64,000 nt of DNA from Octopus sinensis (taxonomy: Eukaryota), in NCBI RefSeq assembly GCF_006345805.1, contig NC_043020.1, positions 15,004,001 to 15,068,000 on the forward strand, in the 5' to 3' direction. The stretch's first letter is position 1. Each line of letters begins with the position of its first letter. Below the pieces are notes generated by a model. It saw nothing but the letters and a program-made list of their open reading frames with translations, was not told the DNA's origin and made no database searches. Shown one piece after another: positions 27,301 through 41,100 of this stretch. A program made the translations under genes and the position numbers.

Positions 27301-30300
27301 CATTGAGTACTGTCAGAGTACAGACTTTCTACCTACTTCATCATCTTTTAATATCCATCCTCCATGCTGGCATGAGTTTGACAGGACCTGGCACTTCCCC
27401 TGCTTCAGCATGGTTTGTATGGCTAGAATGAACCTTCTCACCAACCACTTTACAAAGAATACTGGATGCTTTTTTTTTTGTGGCACCAGCACCAGTGAGA
27501 TTGCCATGCAGCTTTGCAGGACTTAGATCCCCTTCAACTGAATGGGGCTACAGAAATCTCTTGTTTCTTGATTCTATTTCTATTTAAAGGAACTTAGCTG
27601 TTATTTTTTGACTAAGTTGTCAGAATAGTTTTTCAAGAAAAACCAGTCAGGCAGTACAGGGAAGTGTTATCTCTCTCTTGGTGCAATCTACAAAACTATC
27701 AGCATGTTATAGCCTGGACAACTATTATAAATAAGAGTGGGTTGAAAACTGATACCCGATAGATACCTTTTTGTGTGCTAAATTCCTTACTGATTTCATT
27801 GCTCTGACAATGCAAGCTTCACATATCTCTACTCCTTGGAATGTTTTACCCTTTCAAACAATTTCTCCCAAGTTAATGAATTCTAAATGTAGTTGTTTGT
27901 TCTTGGCTAAGAAATTCTATAATTAACTTAATTACTGGCTCAAAAACCCAAACTGCATCTTGCCCAAACTAGTTTTCTCCTTGTTTAGCTGAGCAGTCAC
28001 TTTCTGCCAGCCTAATGCCTCTCTAGTTACTCTGCAAGCATCTTTCATGACACTTGTGAGTAGTTCATGCTGCTATTGCGGCAGCTTATACCAAGGGAGA
28101 TAACACTTCCCTGTACTGCCTGACTGATTTTTATACACGATCAGCCCTGTCCTCCTTTGTCAGATATTTTAAACATTTTGTTGGCTATTCTTTGTGTACC
28201 TGCTTCTTTCCCTTTCTTCGTATTGTTAGTGGTCTACCCTTCCGTATAGCAGTCAATCTCAGTAATTGTTCCTTCTCGATAACCCAGACATATTCTCTTC
28301 TTTGACCAACCACTTTTATTAATGATTCTACTCATTGTAGGTAAAGAATTTAAATCTGCCACATCCACAAAGAGTTCTTTTTTACCAAGTTTGAATCCAA
28401 GAAGCTGGGGGAAACTTGGCAGCTTAAATGTTGATAAAGCTATTCTTACAAAAGTGAGTATAATCTTTCAACTATCTTTTTTGTGTGCTGCTCATCTTCC
28501 ACCTCTCAATTCAGATCAGCTCTGTTTCAAAGATGCTCCAGCCACGACCAGCTCAGCCTATTTTCAGATATTGTATCCAAGACTCCCTTATACAATGTGT
28601 TCTTCCATTTATAAAATAGTAAAATGGTTCGCCCGACCTCAGTCAAATCATTCAACCCATGCTAGCATGGAAAGCGGACGTTAAATGATGATGATGATGA
28701 TGGTTGTGACCTGTTAATTATAAAGGCAGCCCTCGTTAGCTTGGCTACTTTTGGTCTGCTGAATTAGTAATTTGAATGTTTTAGTGTTTTTTTGGGGGTT
28801 TTTTGTCTGTTTTATATTAAATGGAAATGTGATGCAGTTCTGGCCATGGTGTAGTATAATATCTCAAAGCCTTAGTATTACACTTACTGTCTTTAGCCAA
28901 GGCAAACCACTATGATTGTTGAGGACAATGTAACCTTGATGTCACATATGCCATTCAATACTGATTGTACTGAGCAGGCACATTGACAGTTGACTGACTG
29001 GGTGTGATCTACAGATCCAACATTCCATGTAAGTTGTGCATCTGTCTCATTTGAGGTGCATGCCATGCACTTTCACATGCAGTGGTGGTGGTTGTGTTTA
29101 ACTCCCAAATCAACCTTGATTAAACATAGCAGCAGACAGCTGCTCTTCAATTGCTGCCATTATGTCTTTTTCCTGGACATTTTGCACTCAGGGCTCCACA
29201 AGCTATCATGTCTTTTAAAAGATAGCAGGATTTAATTTGAATGTTATTTGGCCATTATTTCTAGAATTTTGACTGATAAGTGTCTTCTTCACTGACTAAG
29301 CACACAGTGGATTATTGTAAGATATTGTCTGTTGTATAGCTATAGATTTTGTGTAGATCACACCCAGCCAGTCAACTATCTATGTGCCATGGGTATGCTC
29401 AGTACAATCAGGGAAGGCAGACAAGGTACAGCAGTTGCTGGTGTTTTGTGCAAATGGGACTGTTGACATGCTCTTTGTATGTTGGTGTCTCTACTACTTT
29501 TTTTAATGTCTGGAGTACAAATAGTATTGTTAAAATTATGATTGAACATAAAATGGCAGAAAATGTGAGTTTGGGCCTGGTTACAACAACAAACTTTGCC
29601 TCCTTTGCATATTTATTTCAATATTTAGGTGATCTGTTGGTGCCATCTATGTGTGGCCTATCATGATAAAAAGTGCACTATCTTGTGTACACTGGACTTT
29701 GTTGATCAAAGGAAATCGTGCTTTGCCCATTCAGTCTTTTTTTTTGTGTGTGTGTTGTCAGGAATATTATATCTAGAACTATTTTATCCAACGTGTCATT
29801 TCTTTTAGAATAATGGTTCTGAAATTATTTTTGTTGCAGAATGAATCATTATTTGTCCATCATGGAACCTGTTTTATTTTTTTATCTTTTACTTGTTTCA
29901 GTCATTAGACTGTGACTATGCTGGTTCATTGAAGAGTTTCAGTCAAACAAACCAACCCCAGGAGTTATTTTCTCAAGCCTAGTAGCTATTCTATTGATTG
30001 CTTTTGCCAAACTGCTAAGCTACATGGGCGTAAATACCACACTGGTTGTCAAGTGGTGGTGGATGAACACAGACACAAAGGCACACACACGTGCATGATG
30101 GGCTTCTTTCAGTTTCCATCTACCAAATCCACTGAAGGTTTTGGTCAGAATAAGGCTATAGTAGAAGACACCTTCTACAAGGTACCACGCAGTGGGACTG
30201 AACTTGGAACCATGTGGTTGGGAAACCAGCTTCTTAAATAGCTATACCAGTGCCTATACTTATATTTCACAAGTGTCTCCATCTACCTTAAATTTTATTA

Positions 30301-33300
30301 AGATATTAGGCGAACAAAAGTTGTTTTAGAGATTGAGTGTATTCATATAAAAAAATATTTTGAAAATGGAAAATATCACGTTTTATAGAATATATTCCTA
30401 TTAAATTTTATTAGAAGACTATGAATGTTTTGATGTTTCTAGTTATTTCTTGTATGTTTGGTACAGCTATATTGTTGGTTGTATATTAGATTAATTGGTG
30501 TTGCTAGTAGTAAAAAGGACATGGTGGTTTTGGCTGGTTCTGGATGAGTGGCAATGTCTAGAGAATGGGAAGATGACTGGTGTGGTGTTGACAGGAAAGG
30601 TAGTGTAAGCAAGATAAAATGAAGGGGTGTTGAAATACTCTGAAAGATTACATATTCTAGATATAATTGTATTCTGTATTGGTATAGTAATGTTGTAGAT
30701 ATAATATATGGTGTGGAGTGATCTATCTGCATCTTTAAAATTTGACTAGCATATGCTAGCATTGAAAAAAAAGAAGCATGATAAAAGAAAAAAATTTTTG
30801 TTTGCTTTGTAGGAAGGTCCAGTCTCTAAGATGGTGTCATCAAATACATATGGTCATAAAGAAAAGGTGAAAACATGGATCAAAGAACAAGGTACACAAT
30901 AAGAAATTTTCAGTATTTGTATTGAAATGATGATGGATGAAATATTTAACATAGCTGTGGTTGCCCTCACTTGTAGATTTCACTGCCCTCTTTCCACAAC
31001 AAGCACTGCTCTTTTTTTCACAGTTTTTGGACTGTCCCCTCTTCACAGCTATGACTGCCCTTTATTTCATGCCTATAACTGTCCCCTCTTCACAGCAGTG
31101 GCTGTAATATTTTGACTCAAAACATGATTTGGTGATGTTTGTTTTTACAGACGAACTACAGAGGTGATATGATGTGTTGATAGAATTCACATAGATGTGT
31201 GTTCAGAAACACAGATATGTAATATATCTCTGCTGCTGTTATATAATATAGAAATATTAGTTGATATCTTTGATGTTATGAATACACACTGAAATATATT
31301 ATGTGGTATTAGACTATACAAAAGCCTATGAAAAACCTCTTGTTTTATGAACTGTAGTTTTTTGGATAAAATGTTTTTACATTAAAATATCAATGCAGAC
31401 CTTGATGTTATGAACGATATGATATATAACAGTATTCAACTACCCTCATTTAGCACATAAATCAAGCTTCCTACTGTGTGGTGTATATACATGCCTGTTG
31501 TATAACTATTTCATATTTTAATTTATATTTGTTTTGTGTCTTTCTACAGCAATCAGATTCCTCGACCAGTATTTCAACTCTGACACCCATAGCCATCCTG
31601 CTTTAAACATGTTGAATCGGTTGTGTTCTGCAACAGACAATCTTACCATTGAGGTAAATATTATATCGGTTTCAGTAATTCTAGCTATTCTAATCATTGC
31701 TAAAATGTTACATTATAATATTTAGTTGACAATCATACATGTTTGAGTATCCATTGTAGAACAATAGACACAGGTATAGAGGTGTGCTTGAAAAGTTCAC
31801 TGCAAAACCTCCACTGTTGGGTTTCATCTCACTACATGACAATTAGGGCAAGTGTCTTTTGTCATTGCCCCAGGTTGACCCAAGCGTTGGGAATTTCAGA
31901 CGCCAGCATTGGGTCCCCAATGTGACATTGTCTGGTTGAATTGTCTCCCCTTATGTGAATTTTTACTTTTCATTTCTTGTGTCTGAAAACAAGATGTGTA
32001 ATCAAGTAAAAACACTTAAAATCTAATGATTGAAATCACTGGAAAAATAAAATCTAAGTCAGTCAGAAGTGGTGTGCATAGCAATATAGTACGCAGCCAC
32101 ATGATACAGTGTAATGTAGTTAATTACATATGGTTGTTAGTATTATTGTTATTCTAAATCTATTTGTGTGTGTATTTGGATGTAGAAATGAGAGAACATG
32201 TGGAGTTTATTCATTTATTCAAAACGATGATTTCTCTGTCACTATTTATTGAATGCTTTTTCAATAATTGTCATTGATTGCAATATGAAAATCAGAGTAG
32301 CATGAAGGTGAGGCTTCATCTCGCAAAAAAAAAAAAAAAATAATAAAAATACATGCACATGTGTACACATCCCACTTCTGACAGATAATTTTTGAATGGC
32401 GGTGCCCCAGCATGGCCACAGCTCGTGAGCTGAAACTAGATAAAATAAAATAGACACGAACTGTGTATACAGTTGTTATGGCAAGTTAAATGTATACTAT
32501 ATTACCACAGTTGCTATAGTTACATAGTTGCACAGTAAGTATAACCCATTTTAATGAGATTTTTTTTAATGACATTTATGCATTATTATCTATTAAACTT
32601 CTAGTTCAGTATCCTAGCTGTAGTTTAAGGAAGTACTCTGCAACCTTTTTCACTTGCGGTACACTTATATTCTTTTCAAAATTCGGCAGCACACCTGGGG
32701 GGAAAAAAATTATATTCAGGTTACACTGCTGCACAAATAGCATTGTCTCGTGGCACACCTGTGTGCCACAGCATACTGGCTGCAGCACAGTTTTAAGGTA
32801 CACCAAAATTTATTTTCTAAGAAATTTTTTTATTTTTGATAGACTGGGTTGACACAACTTTGTTTGGTGAGTAGACCTCTTACTGTCAGAACACAATGGG
32901 GTTCTCTATTATAATTATTTTCCTTCAGCAACTATTGTGCTTGGTTTCATGGAAGTTGTGGCCTGTAATTGCTATACAGTAATATACAACAGTTACTTAC
33001 ATATTGATTCCAAACACAGATATTTATGGAATGCTATATAAATCTGATTCTTATTTTATTTTTTCTTATTTTATTTTATGTTTTAAGGAAGATAATGGAA
33101 TTCAGGCACTTCAAGAAATTTGTGATATTATGCGAAGCAGTGATGTCTCTCCTTTTGAAGTGATACACAGTGGCCTTGTGAATAAACTCTTACAATACCT
33201 CACTGCCAACTCTGCAACAGTTGCAAGAGATGAAAGGATACGGCGTTTTCTCCACGTGTTCCTCAACTGTCCAGTAAGTTGTTTCATCAAGTCTTTCACT

Positions 33301-36300
33301 TTAGTATCTATCTTGCTTGTTATCACACATGACTATTAACTGTATTTTTCTGTCTCGCAAAACAAACCCGAAATCACTTCTCTTACTTTCTCATCAACTT
33401 CACTCTGATGTAAAACCACTCTTTCTTTATCCTTTGTGATTTCTGTTCTCTTTAAGACCCAATTGTTAAAACGACTGAACTTGTAGAAAATATGTACTTA
33501 TATGAATGTATGGAATATAAGCATACACATTGATACAGGTTATTTTCTATAGAAAGCAGAGAATGTGAATAGACAGCGAGAACTAAAAGTAGCACACAAA
33601 ATAAGTTCAATACAATACAGAATTGTCAAGGACATGCTTCAGTTTTTTCTAAACTTAAATAAAATAAATAGAAGATTGATGAATACATACATACTTGTAC
33701 ATGAACAAAATGAATGATAATGGGTTCAAATTTTGGCACAAGGCCAGCAAGTTCGGGAGGCGGAGATAAGTTGATTTTATCAACCCTAGTCCATAACTGG
33801 TACTTATTTTATTGATCCTAAAAGGATGAACAGCAAAGTAGACCCTAGTGGCATTTAAGCTCATATCAGAAAGATGGACAAAATGTTACTAAGCATTATG
33901 CCCGACACACTGATATTTCTGCCTTTAAAAGTGACCTGCAAGACTTCACAGGGAATCAAACCTGCACTTCTCAAATTCTGGCAGATCACTCTGAACCATT
34001 AAGCTAAGAGACCTCTTTTAATAATAACAATAATAATAATAATAATCTTTTCTACTCTAGGCACAAGGTCTGGAATTTTGGGGGAGGGGGCCAGTTGATT
34101 AGATTGACCCCAGAATGCAACTGGTACTTAATTTATCTACCCCAAAAGGATGAAAGGCAGTCGACCTCAGTGGAATTTGAAGTTGGAACATAGTGGCAGA
34201 CAAAAAGCTGCTAAGCATTTCACCCAGTGTGCTAACGATTCTGCCAACTTGCCACCTAATAATATAAATATAATAATATAAATACTTGCCGCCTAATAAT
34301 AATATAAATGAAATGTTAAATTTTAGTACATGACTTTTGGTCCACCCAGTATTTCTACTTGTAACTAATAGCTCACATGTGACAATAGTCTGAGGGGCAA
34401 CATAATGTTGTAGAGATAAAAAGGCTTTTATTTTGGCAACCATATGAAATAAGGACAGTCATTCATGAAGTATGCATATATATATATTGCTGATGAATTA
34501 ATGACAATTCAAACCTCAAGTATACCTGTGTGGCTGTGCTAGCTACAAAATAGAGCTCATTATTTTACAGGAAAAATTCACTAAAATCTTAAGTGTTTTT
34601 TTTGGGGGGTGGTGGTGGTGTGTCTGTTTTTAAAGTTTCCTTTCATGTCCTGAGAAAATTTATTTTATTTACCTTACGACTGTTGGTTTGGTACACAACT
34701 TGGTATTTAAGCAATGAGTCAGAAGATTCACAGAAGAGATTTTTTTTTGTTTTTATTTGATAGCTGCAAGATTTGTTTCATGAAAAAAATTATGATGCTA
34801 GTTACTGCTACCAATAATCACATACTCTTAAACATTTTCATTTGCCTACTCTGTAGAGGAATTGGTAAAAAAGATGATGAAAGCTAGTTTCATGACAAAG
34901 ACAATACACCTGTTCATGTAGTTGTAATTGCTTTGTGAATGTGGTCAGTATGAGGTTCAAATTAAAACAATGATATAAAGTATGTTTGGATAAGTCACAA
35001 TGTCTTATTTTATTTTACTTGTTGTGGTCATGCTGGGGCACCACCTTGAATTTTTAGTTGAATGAATTAACCCCCTGTACTTTCATCATCATCATCATTG
35101 TTTAACGTCCGCTTTCCATGCTAGCATGGGTTGGACGGTTCAACTGGGGTCTGGCAAGCCCGAAGGCTGCACCAGGCCAGTCAGATCTGGCAGTGTTTCT
35201 ACAGCTGGATGCCCTTCCTAACGCCAACCACTCCGAGAGTGTAGTGGGTGATTTTATGTGCCACCGACACAGGTGCCAGACGAGGCTGGCAGACGGCCAC
35301 GCTCGGATGGTGTTTTTTATGTGCCACCGACACAGGTGCCAGACGAGGCTGGCTGACGGCCACGCTCGGATGGTGTATTCTTATGTGTCACCGACACAGG
35401 TGCCAGACGGGGCTGGCGGACGGCCACGCTTGGATGGTGTATTCTTATGTGTCACCGACACAGGTGCCAGACGGGGCTGGCGGACGGCCACGCTCGGATG
35501 GTGTTTGTTACGTGCCCTCAGCACGGAGGCCAGTCGTTGCGGTACTGGCTACGATCACGTTCGGATGGTTTTCTTATGTGCCACCGGCACTGGTACCACA
35601 AGGATACAAATTCCATTGATGTTCATCTATTTTGATTTGGTTCGATTTGATTTGATTTGATTCGATTCGATTCGATTCTCACTTGCCTCAACAGGTCTTC
35701 ACAAGTGTCACAAGAAAGAAGGTATGCACAGGTGGACTGACTACGTCCCAGGTAGGGGCCATGGATTATGGCTTCACTAGTCTTGCCGGGTCTTCTCACG
35801 CACAGCATACTTCCATAGGTCTCGGTCTCTAGTCATTTCCATGGTGAGACCTAACGTCCGAAGGTCGTGCTTCACCACTTCGTCCCAGGTTTTCCTGGGT
35901 CTACCTCTTCCACGGGTTCCCTCAACTGCTAGGGATTGGCACTTTCTCACACACCTATCTTCATCCATTCTCGCCACATGACCATACCAGCGCAATCGTC
36001 CCTCTTGCACACAACAACTGATGCTTCTTAGGTACAACATTTCTCTCAAGGTACTAACGCTCTGTCGAGTAAGTACACTGACATTACACATCCATCGGAG
36101 CATACTGGCTTCGTTCCTCACAAGCTTACGCATGTCCTCAGCAGTCACGGCCCATGTTTCACTGCCATATAGCATAGCTGTTCGTACACATGCATCATAC
36201 AGTTTGCCTTTTACTCTGAGCGAGAGGCCTTTAGTCACCAGCAGAGGTAAGAGCTCCCTAAACTTTGCCCAGGCTATTCTTATTCTAGCAGTTACACTTT

Positions 36301-37386
36301 CAGCGCACCCGCCCCCACTACTGACTTGGTCACCTAGATAGCGGAAGCTATCAACTACTTCTAGTTTTTCCCCCCGGAAAGTGACGGAAGTTGTTTTCTG
36401 CAGATTTTCGGAGGTCAATGCTCCAGAGCATCTGCCACATACAAAAACTATCTTCCCAGTTAGCCTACCTTTGACATTGCTGCACCTCTTATGTGTCCAT
36501 AGCTTACACTGGGTACATCTTATAGAGTTTCTACCTACACCTTTTCTACAGATCGAGCAGGGCCATCTTCCTGAGGATATTTGTGGATTTTCTAACTTTC
36601 TACTTATTAGTACTTTGGTTTTAGCTAGGTTGACTCTAAGGCCCCTCGATTCTAAACCCTCCTTCCACACCTGGAACTTCTCCTCCAGTTCTGATAGTGA
36701 CTCAGCGATTAGAGCGAGGTCGTCAGCATAGAGGAGCTCCCAGGGGCAACCTGTCTTGAATTCCTCCACAATTGCCTGGAGGACTATGATAAATAGGAGG
36801 GGGCTGAGTACTGAACCCTGGTGGACCCCAACCTATACCTTGAATTCTTCTGTGTACATGCTGCCAACTCTAACCTTACTTACGGCATCTCTGTACATGG
36901 CTTGCACAGCCCTCACCAGCCATTCATCTATCCCTAGTTTCCTCATTGACCACCAGATGAGGGAACGGGGGACCCTATCAAAGGCTTTCTCCATGTCAAC
37001 GAAAGCCAGGTACAGGGGCTTATCTTTGGCTAGGTATTTCTCCTGCAGCTGCCTTACCAGGAATATAGCATCAGTGGTGCTTTTCCCTGGGACAAACCCA
37101 AACTGCATCTCATCTAAACTAACTCTCTCTCTAATTAGTTGGGCTATGACCCTCTCCGTAACCTTCATTACCTGATCCAACAGCTTGATACCTCTGTAAT
37201 TATTTGTATCCAGGGCATCACCTTTACCTTTGTAGCAGTTGACTAGTATGCTGCTACACCAGTCATTGGGTATGACTCCTTCGTGTATCACCTGGTTGAC
37301 TATACGGGTGACTAGGTTATAGCCGACACTGCCAGATATTTTGAGCATCTCTGCAGTAATTCCTGATGGGCCTGGGGCTATATATA

Positions 37387-37428
<42 letters not shown>

Positions 37429-38091
37429 ATAAAAGCCTGGAACTTATTCTATCGGTTTGTTTTGGTGGACTGCTAAGTTACAGGAACATAAACACACAAA
37501 CGTAGGTTGTCAAGCAGCAGTGGGGGACAAACACATGCCCTCACACAAGAGAGGCTTCTTTTAGTTTCTGTTTATCAAATGCACTTGGTAGGCTTTGGTC
37601 AGCTTGAGGCTATAGAAGACCATTGCCTGATGTGCCAAGCAGTGGGACTGAACCTGGAACCATATGCTTGGGAAACAAACTTCTTACCATATGGCCGTGC
37701 CTGCACCTATATGTTAAGGTAAAAATTACCTGGAGTATATTGGTGGTGTTCTACTCTGGTTGACTAATGCTTTGTCAATGAAATTAGTAGATGGTAACTG
37801 TATAGAAGACTGTTATATAAACACGTTATGTCGTAATGTTTATGTCTGCTATAAAAGCATATCTTTAATCTCTGTGTGTGTAATAAGGTTCAACTTTTAA
37901 AATAAAAGATATTTGGAGTAAATTGGTATTTATGCATATATTTTTTTTTTCTAGGCTCCTGATTCAGTGTTTGTGAAAGAAATTGAAGTAAGTGATCCAC
38001 CTGCACTTAGTCCATTGGTCAGTAAACTGATTGGCTGCCTTCATCATTTAGAACAGGTAAGTTTTATTCCTTATCTTGTGTATTTCTGACT

Positions 38092-38127
<36 letters not shown>

Positions 38128-41100
38128 TCAGCGACTATGAGTTTACTGGACTTTCTTACTCTAGGTATCATCATCTTCCATACTAGCATGGGTTGGCTAG
38201 GACTGTTATGCAACACCTTGCCATTTCTCTCATCTCTTCTCTGAGGCTCTTTCTGAATTTCTCAAGTCATTCTTGGTCTTCCATTTACTGATGGTATAAA
38301 TCAACCAAACTTTCTGTGTTGGTAACAGATGAGACTTGCTTGATGCTCCCTTTTCTTTAACAGCTGATTGATGTTTTTATCCTTCCTTTTCTTTCCTACT
38401 TAAATCTCATCTTTGTATATTATTTTATTTAGAAAATCAGTTATTGTCCCATGTCAAGAAAAAGCTACTTTTTTTTTTTAGCAAGAGCTAACTACATCTT
38501 TTAAATACCATTCAGTATTAGAAATAATTTTAATTAATCAAGTCAATTCATCTGGTTTTCTTTATATACCTGTTATAGAATTCAATGTTTTTGCAATGAA
38601 TTTTTTTGAAAATAATCTTCACAAATATTGAAGTCCTGCTAGAGGTGTATACATTACAGTCCATTGCTGATACTACAAGACATGGAAACAACACATTGTA
38701 TTTGTTTTTGTTTTTTTGTTTCTATTATTTGAATAATTGTTAAATTCTTGTCCTGTTTTTAGTTTCAGGTTAAAGTTCATGATCTTCCAGGTGGTGTGAC
38801 AGGCACTGGGAGAGGTTCAAATGCTCTTAAGTTTTTCAACACACACCAGTTGAAGGTAAATACTTCCTCTTGGGCTTTGTAACATTACAATTTACTCTGA
38901 GCTCTGCTTACGGACAGTGATGTCGATATTTGTAGTTGGCTGCAACCCATGACATCAACATCCAATGATTTTCAGCATTGTTCCTACTTTTCAAATGTAG
39001 CTCCTGGAAGACTTGCCTAAGGTTCCAGGTTGTGGAGTCAACTCCAGAACCATATGATTGTGGATCTGTTAACAGAAATATGATGCTCTGGTTGTTTAGT
39101 TAAGATACCATACTACCAACAATTTAGTTATTTCAAATCTCACTCTAGCTTTTGCACTGTATCAGAGAGGTTTGTTTTCTTCTGTTTATGTTCAGTTAAG
39201 ATACTAAAACAGCAGCTTAAGGTGACTACTGAAAAGACATACAGCTCTACTTTAATTGTATTGAGCAATAAGAGCGGTACTTGGCGTTTAAAAAAGGAAA
39301 ATAGAAACTCCTCCCTGAGCTAATTTATACTAAAGTATTTATATAATTTAGTAATTATTACTAAAGTGTAAACTGAATTCTGCTAATGCCAGTGTGAAAA
39401 ATGATTGTAAAATATTTTTAACCTATTAGCATTACATCTACCTCTAATATCCTTGTTTTATATTTAAATCAGCCAGATTTAGCCTCTCACAAGTACCTTA
39501 CTGTGTCATTTCTAAAAGTAGACAATCTCATCATTGAAACTTTGAAGCTACAATATAAGACATAATTAATCCCAAACCATAATTAATCAAAAATGTGACA
39601 GAGTAATCTGAATGCTAAAGGGTTAAACAAATAAACAAAAACTTACATGTTGATATATTGCAAAAATAAGTTCCATGTTGATCTATTATATTTTTCTTTT
39701 AAATTTTCAGTGCCATTTGCAACGACACCCGGAGTGTTCTAATCTAAAACAGTGGAAAGGAGGACCTGTCAAGATTGACCCATTAGCTTTAGTTCAAGCT
39801 ATTGAGCGATATTTAGTCATGAGAGGATATGGAAGAATACAGTTGGTAAGAATCTGTTGCTTCTGCCTTGCGAATATCACCTTGTTGTTAACCTTAAGAC
39901 AGCCCTGATTGAGCAGATGTATGGCTGAAGGCGTTCTAGCCGTAACAATTCCTTCATTTTTTCAGCCCTCGTTTATCTAGGACCATACTATCAAATGTGT
40001 CCTTTTCTTTCTCAAGACGATTACGTGTTATAAAGGAAATTACAGTACTATATTTAAGAGGTTGAAATGGCAGCACAGCAGTTTCCTTGGCTGCAGTATT
40101 TATGGTGTAATTGCCAATGGTATATAATACCAGTCAACAGAGAGGTTGTGAGAAGAAAGCTCTTCTGGAAATGTGTAACTAATAATGCTAAATGCAGAGA
40201 TAGCTTTAGGGCTAGTTAGCAGTACTTAGGTTTGATTTACGACTGGACTGGGGTAGGAATTGTCTGTTACCAGTAGTATGAGGTTCAACATCTGAAAGTC
40301 ATTTTTCAAAACTTTGTTCCATGTCTTCCTAGGTCTTCCACTTCCACCAGTTCCCTTCACATTTAGAGATCAACACTTATTTATGCAGCTGTTTTCATCC
40401 ATATGCATCAATGACCATATCAGCACAGTCTTATCTCTTGCACATTACGTCTGATGCCTCTTATACCCAATTTTTCTCTCAACATATTTACACTTTGTCA
40501 TATATGCACACTGACATTATCAACTGGGCATTGGAGGAAATCTACCTCTGTGTGTTCTCAGTGTTTATTATTCCTGCATATCTACTACCTTCCTGTGATT
40601 CCACTGCACCTCTTTGGTGTCCATAGCTTGCACTGGCTACACTGTATGGAGTTTCTACCTACATCTTTTCTACATATCAAGCAGGGCCATCTCCCTGAAG
40701 GGATTTGTGATTTGTCTGTTTTATTACTAACCAGGACTTTGGTCTTTGCTTTCTGACCTTGCTTCCACATTCGAACTTCTTTGATTCAACTATACATTCA
40801 GCATAAGAACAAGATCATCAGTGCTCTCATGAACAAACCAGTTTTAAATCCCTCTGTTATAGCCTGGAGGGCTATGATAACAAAAGGAAGTTGAGAGCCA
40901 AACCTTGGTAAAACTGCATGTTAAATTCATTGCTGACTTGCACCTTACAGGCAGCATCCCTGTACATGGCTTGAATGGCTCTCACCAGCCATTCATCTCC
41001 CCTTAGCATCTGCAGTGATTACCAGAATGGAAAGGAGGGATCCTATGAAAGACTTACTCCATATCAACAAAAGCCAATGTACAGCAGTTTATTTCTGGCT

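Larger units (their letters stand above)
35083..37378 (-). mobile_element. 5'-truncated RTE-clade LINE (RT with PHD insert, long 3' UTR, (GAT)n tail)
   Basis: One frame from 37378 to 35777 carries KGKGD...[56 protein letters not shown] and [10 protein letters not shown]. It is followed by about 700 nt of UTR ending in a stem-loop and (GAT)n. Confidence 0.95.

Noticed and set aside
32630-32795. Possible hAT-type MITE (similar impression at about 61045-61320)
   Set aside because: The termini are too degraded to define TIRs or an 8-bp TSD.
35254-35590. CRISPR-like regularly spaced repeats
   Set aside because: Whole units repeat with no unique spacers, there are no cas genes, and the array lies in a eukaryotic LINE UTR.
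35118-35660. 180-aa and overlapping ORFs, plus many similar 'LDALPNANH' ORFs across the window
   Set aside because: These are translations of the non-coding RTE 3'-UTR repeat; frames are not conserved between copies.
36021-37175. Plus-strand ORFs of 106-139 aa
   Set aside because: They are antisense shadows of the LINE RT ORF.
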